A stretch of 57,103 nt of DNA from a virus, in IMG/VR virus record IMGVR_UViG_3300028666_000023, positions 1 through 57,103 of that record. One strand, given 5' to 3'. Both the position numbers and the translations under genes were made by a program. Under the pieces are notes generated by a model. The model saw only the letters and a program-made list of their open reading frames with translations. It made no database searches and was not told the DNA's origin. The number at the start of each line of letters is the position of its first letter. Position 1 is the stretch's first letter. Below are positions 56,269 to 57,103 of this stretch, piece by piece.

Positions 56269-57102
56269 TTACTGACTCGCCGGGATCGAGAAGCCGTCCC
56301 AAGGCCCACATACGACGGGCGACGGATTGCCGTTGTTGCCTCCGCCGAACTGGACCCAGAACGACCCGTTGCTGTTGAACATCTTGTCGGTGTTGCCACC
56401 CTCCGTCATCCATGCCCACCGCAGGTATCCCTTCCTCATCCGCTGGGCTGTATTGGTCGACGCGATCCAGATGGGCTCCTTGATGAACTGCTGCTGGACA
56501 GCGCCCTGCGCGCGACCGATCCCACCTTGAGCGCCGGTGTTGATCGGAGCGGTTGTGCCTACGGTCCAACACATGCCGTGGAACTGCTGCCAGGCATCTC
56601 CGGAAGCGAAACCGCGGCGCCTCCAACCGGCGTACACCGTTGCGTTGCCGCTGGAGCCTGCAACCAGTCCCGTGTTGACCGCGGACGAGAAGAAGTCTTC
56701 GAGGTTCGTCTGCGGAACAGACGGGCCCGTGCGAACGCCCGTGTACGCGCCGCCGCCCGTGTAGCCGACCGCGACGTAGGGATCGACGTCGCCATCTTCA
56801 CTCCCATCGCAACGCATGTAGAGCATGCCTGCGTACGAGAAGTTTCCGGACGTTCCGTTTCCGTTCGGCGCGCCTAGCGCCGCAACCCAACTGCCATCCG
56901 CATCCGTGGTCGAGTCCTCGATGCAGTTCGCGCAGAGCGCCTGCAGCAGTCCACCGACACCGAGGCCGTTGCTCGTGTTGTAGAAGTTCTGCGGGGCGGT
57001 GGTCACAGCAGCGGAGCCCCCCGTGCCGAGCATGATGTACGAACCTGCCGTGGGAAAGCCGCCTGCCGCGGAGCTCCCCGGGGCGATCGTCGCTGTGATG
57101 CC
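56269..57102 (-). CDS. Tail fibre-like paralog (copy 1; 5' end beyond the window)
   Basis: Frame is open to the window edge; CANCIED, EDGDVDP, RRRGF, KEPIW, RKG.LRW, GPWDG. Confidence 0.75.
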   Translation of the reverse strand, partial: GITATIAPGSSAAGGFPTAGSYIMLGTGGSAAVTTAPQNFYNTSNGLGVGGLLQALCANCIEDSTTDADGSWVAALGAPNGNGTSGNFSYAGMLYMRCDGSEDGDVDPYVAVGYTGGGAYTGVRTGPSVPQTNLEDFFSSAVNTGLVAGSSGNATVYAGWRRRGFASGDAWQQFHGMCWTVGTTAPINTGAQGGIGRAQGAVQQQFIKEPIWIASTNTAQRMRKGYLRWAWMTEGGNTDKMFNSNGSFWVQFGGGNNGNPSPVVCGPWDGFSIPASQ

Positions 57103-57103
57103 A

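Noticed and set aside
50413-57102. Diversity-generating retroelement or invertible fibre cassette
   Set aside because: No reverse transcriptase or invertase, no near-identical template/variable repeat pair noticed, and all copies are co-oriented with their own starts where visible.
1-57103. Alternative genetic code, inteins or introns
   Set aside because: Conserved genes (RNAP, PolA, RecA, helicases) are intact with the standard code and expected lengths, and all three stop codons end genes.

Overview
The window is a 57 kb, GC-rich piece of a large tailed dsDNA phage genome, probably with a contractile tail. No host housekeeping genes, integrase, tRNA, rRNA or CRISPR array were seen. Minus-strand genes are mostly virion or late functions: GpA-type terminase large subunit (truncated at the left edge), baseplate spike, portal, probable head proteins rich in a K-x-A motif, a lysis candidate pair, a tail fibre, a baseplate wedge, and at least four tandem paralogous fibre-like genes. 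Plus-strand genes are early or replication functions: HNH and XRE, MoxR AAA with a VWA-metallopeptidase, SF2 helicase, family-4 UDG, DnaB, primase, an SSB-like protein, PolA, RecA, Hjc-like and Cas4-like nucleases, and RusA. A ThyX-like gene sits on the minus strand. The standout is an apparent self-contained transcription system. A 2162-aa single-chain, bacterial-type beta/beta-prime RNA polymerase is encoded next to the baseplate spike gene. It has lost the beta-prime N-terminal zinc finger and its rifampicin pocket is remodelled. A conserved ATAAG-RRNNR-YG motif precedes the early/replication units, and hairpins with a TTAGCTACT tail end them. Several structural genes instead have TAnnnT boxes 6-7 nt before ATG. 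Other signals are a probable -1 programmed frameshift outside the tail module and a multi-stem intergenic element upstream of dnaB. All calls come from reading motifs by eye; no database search was run.
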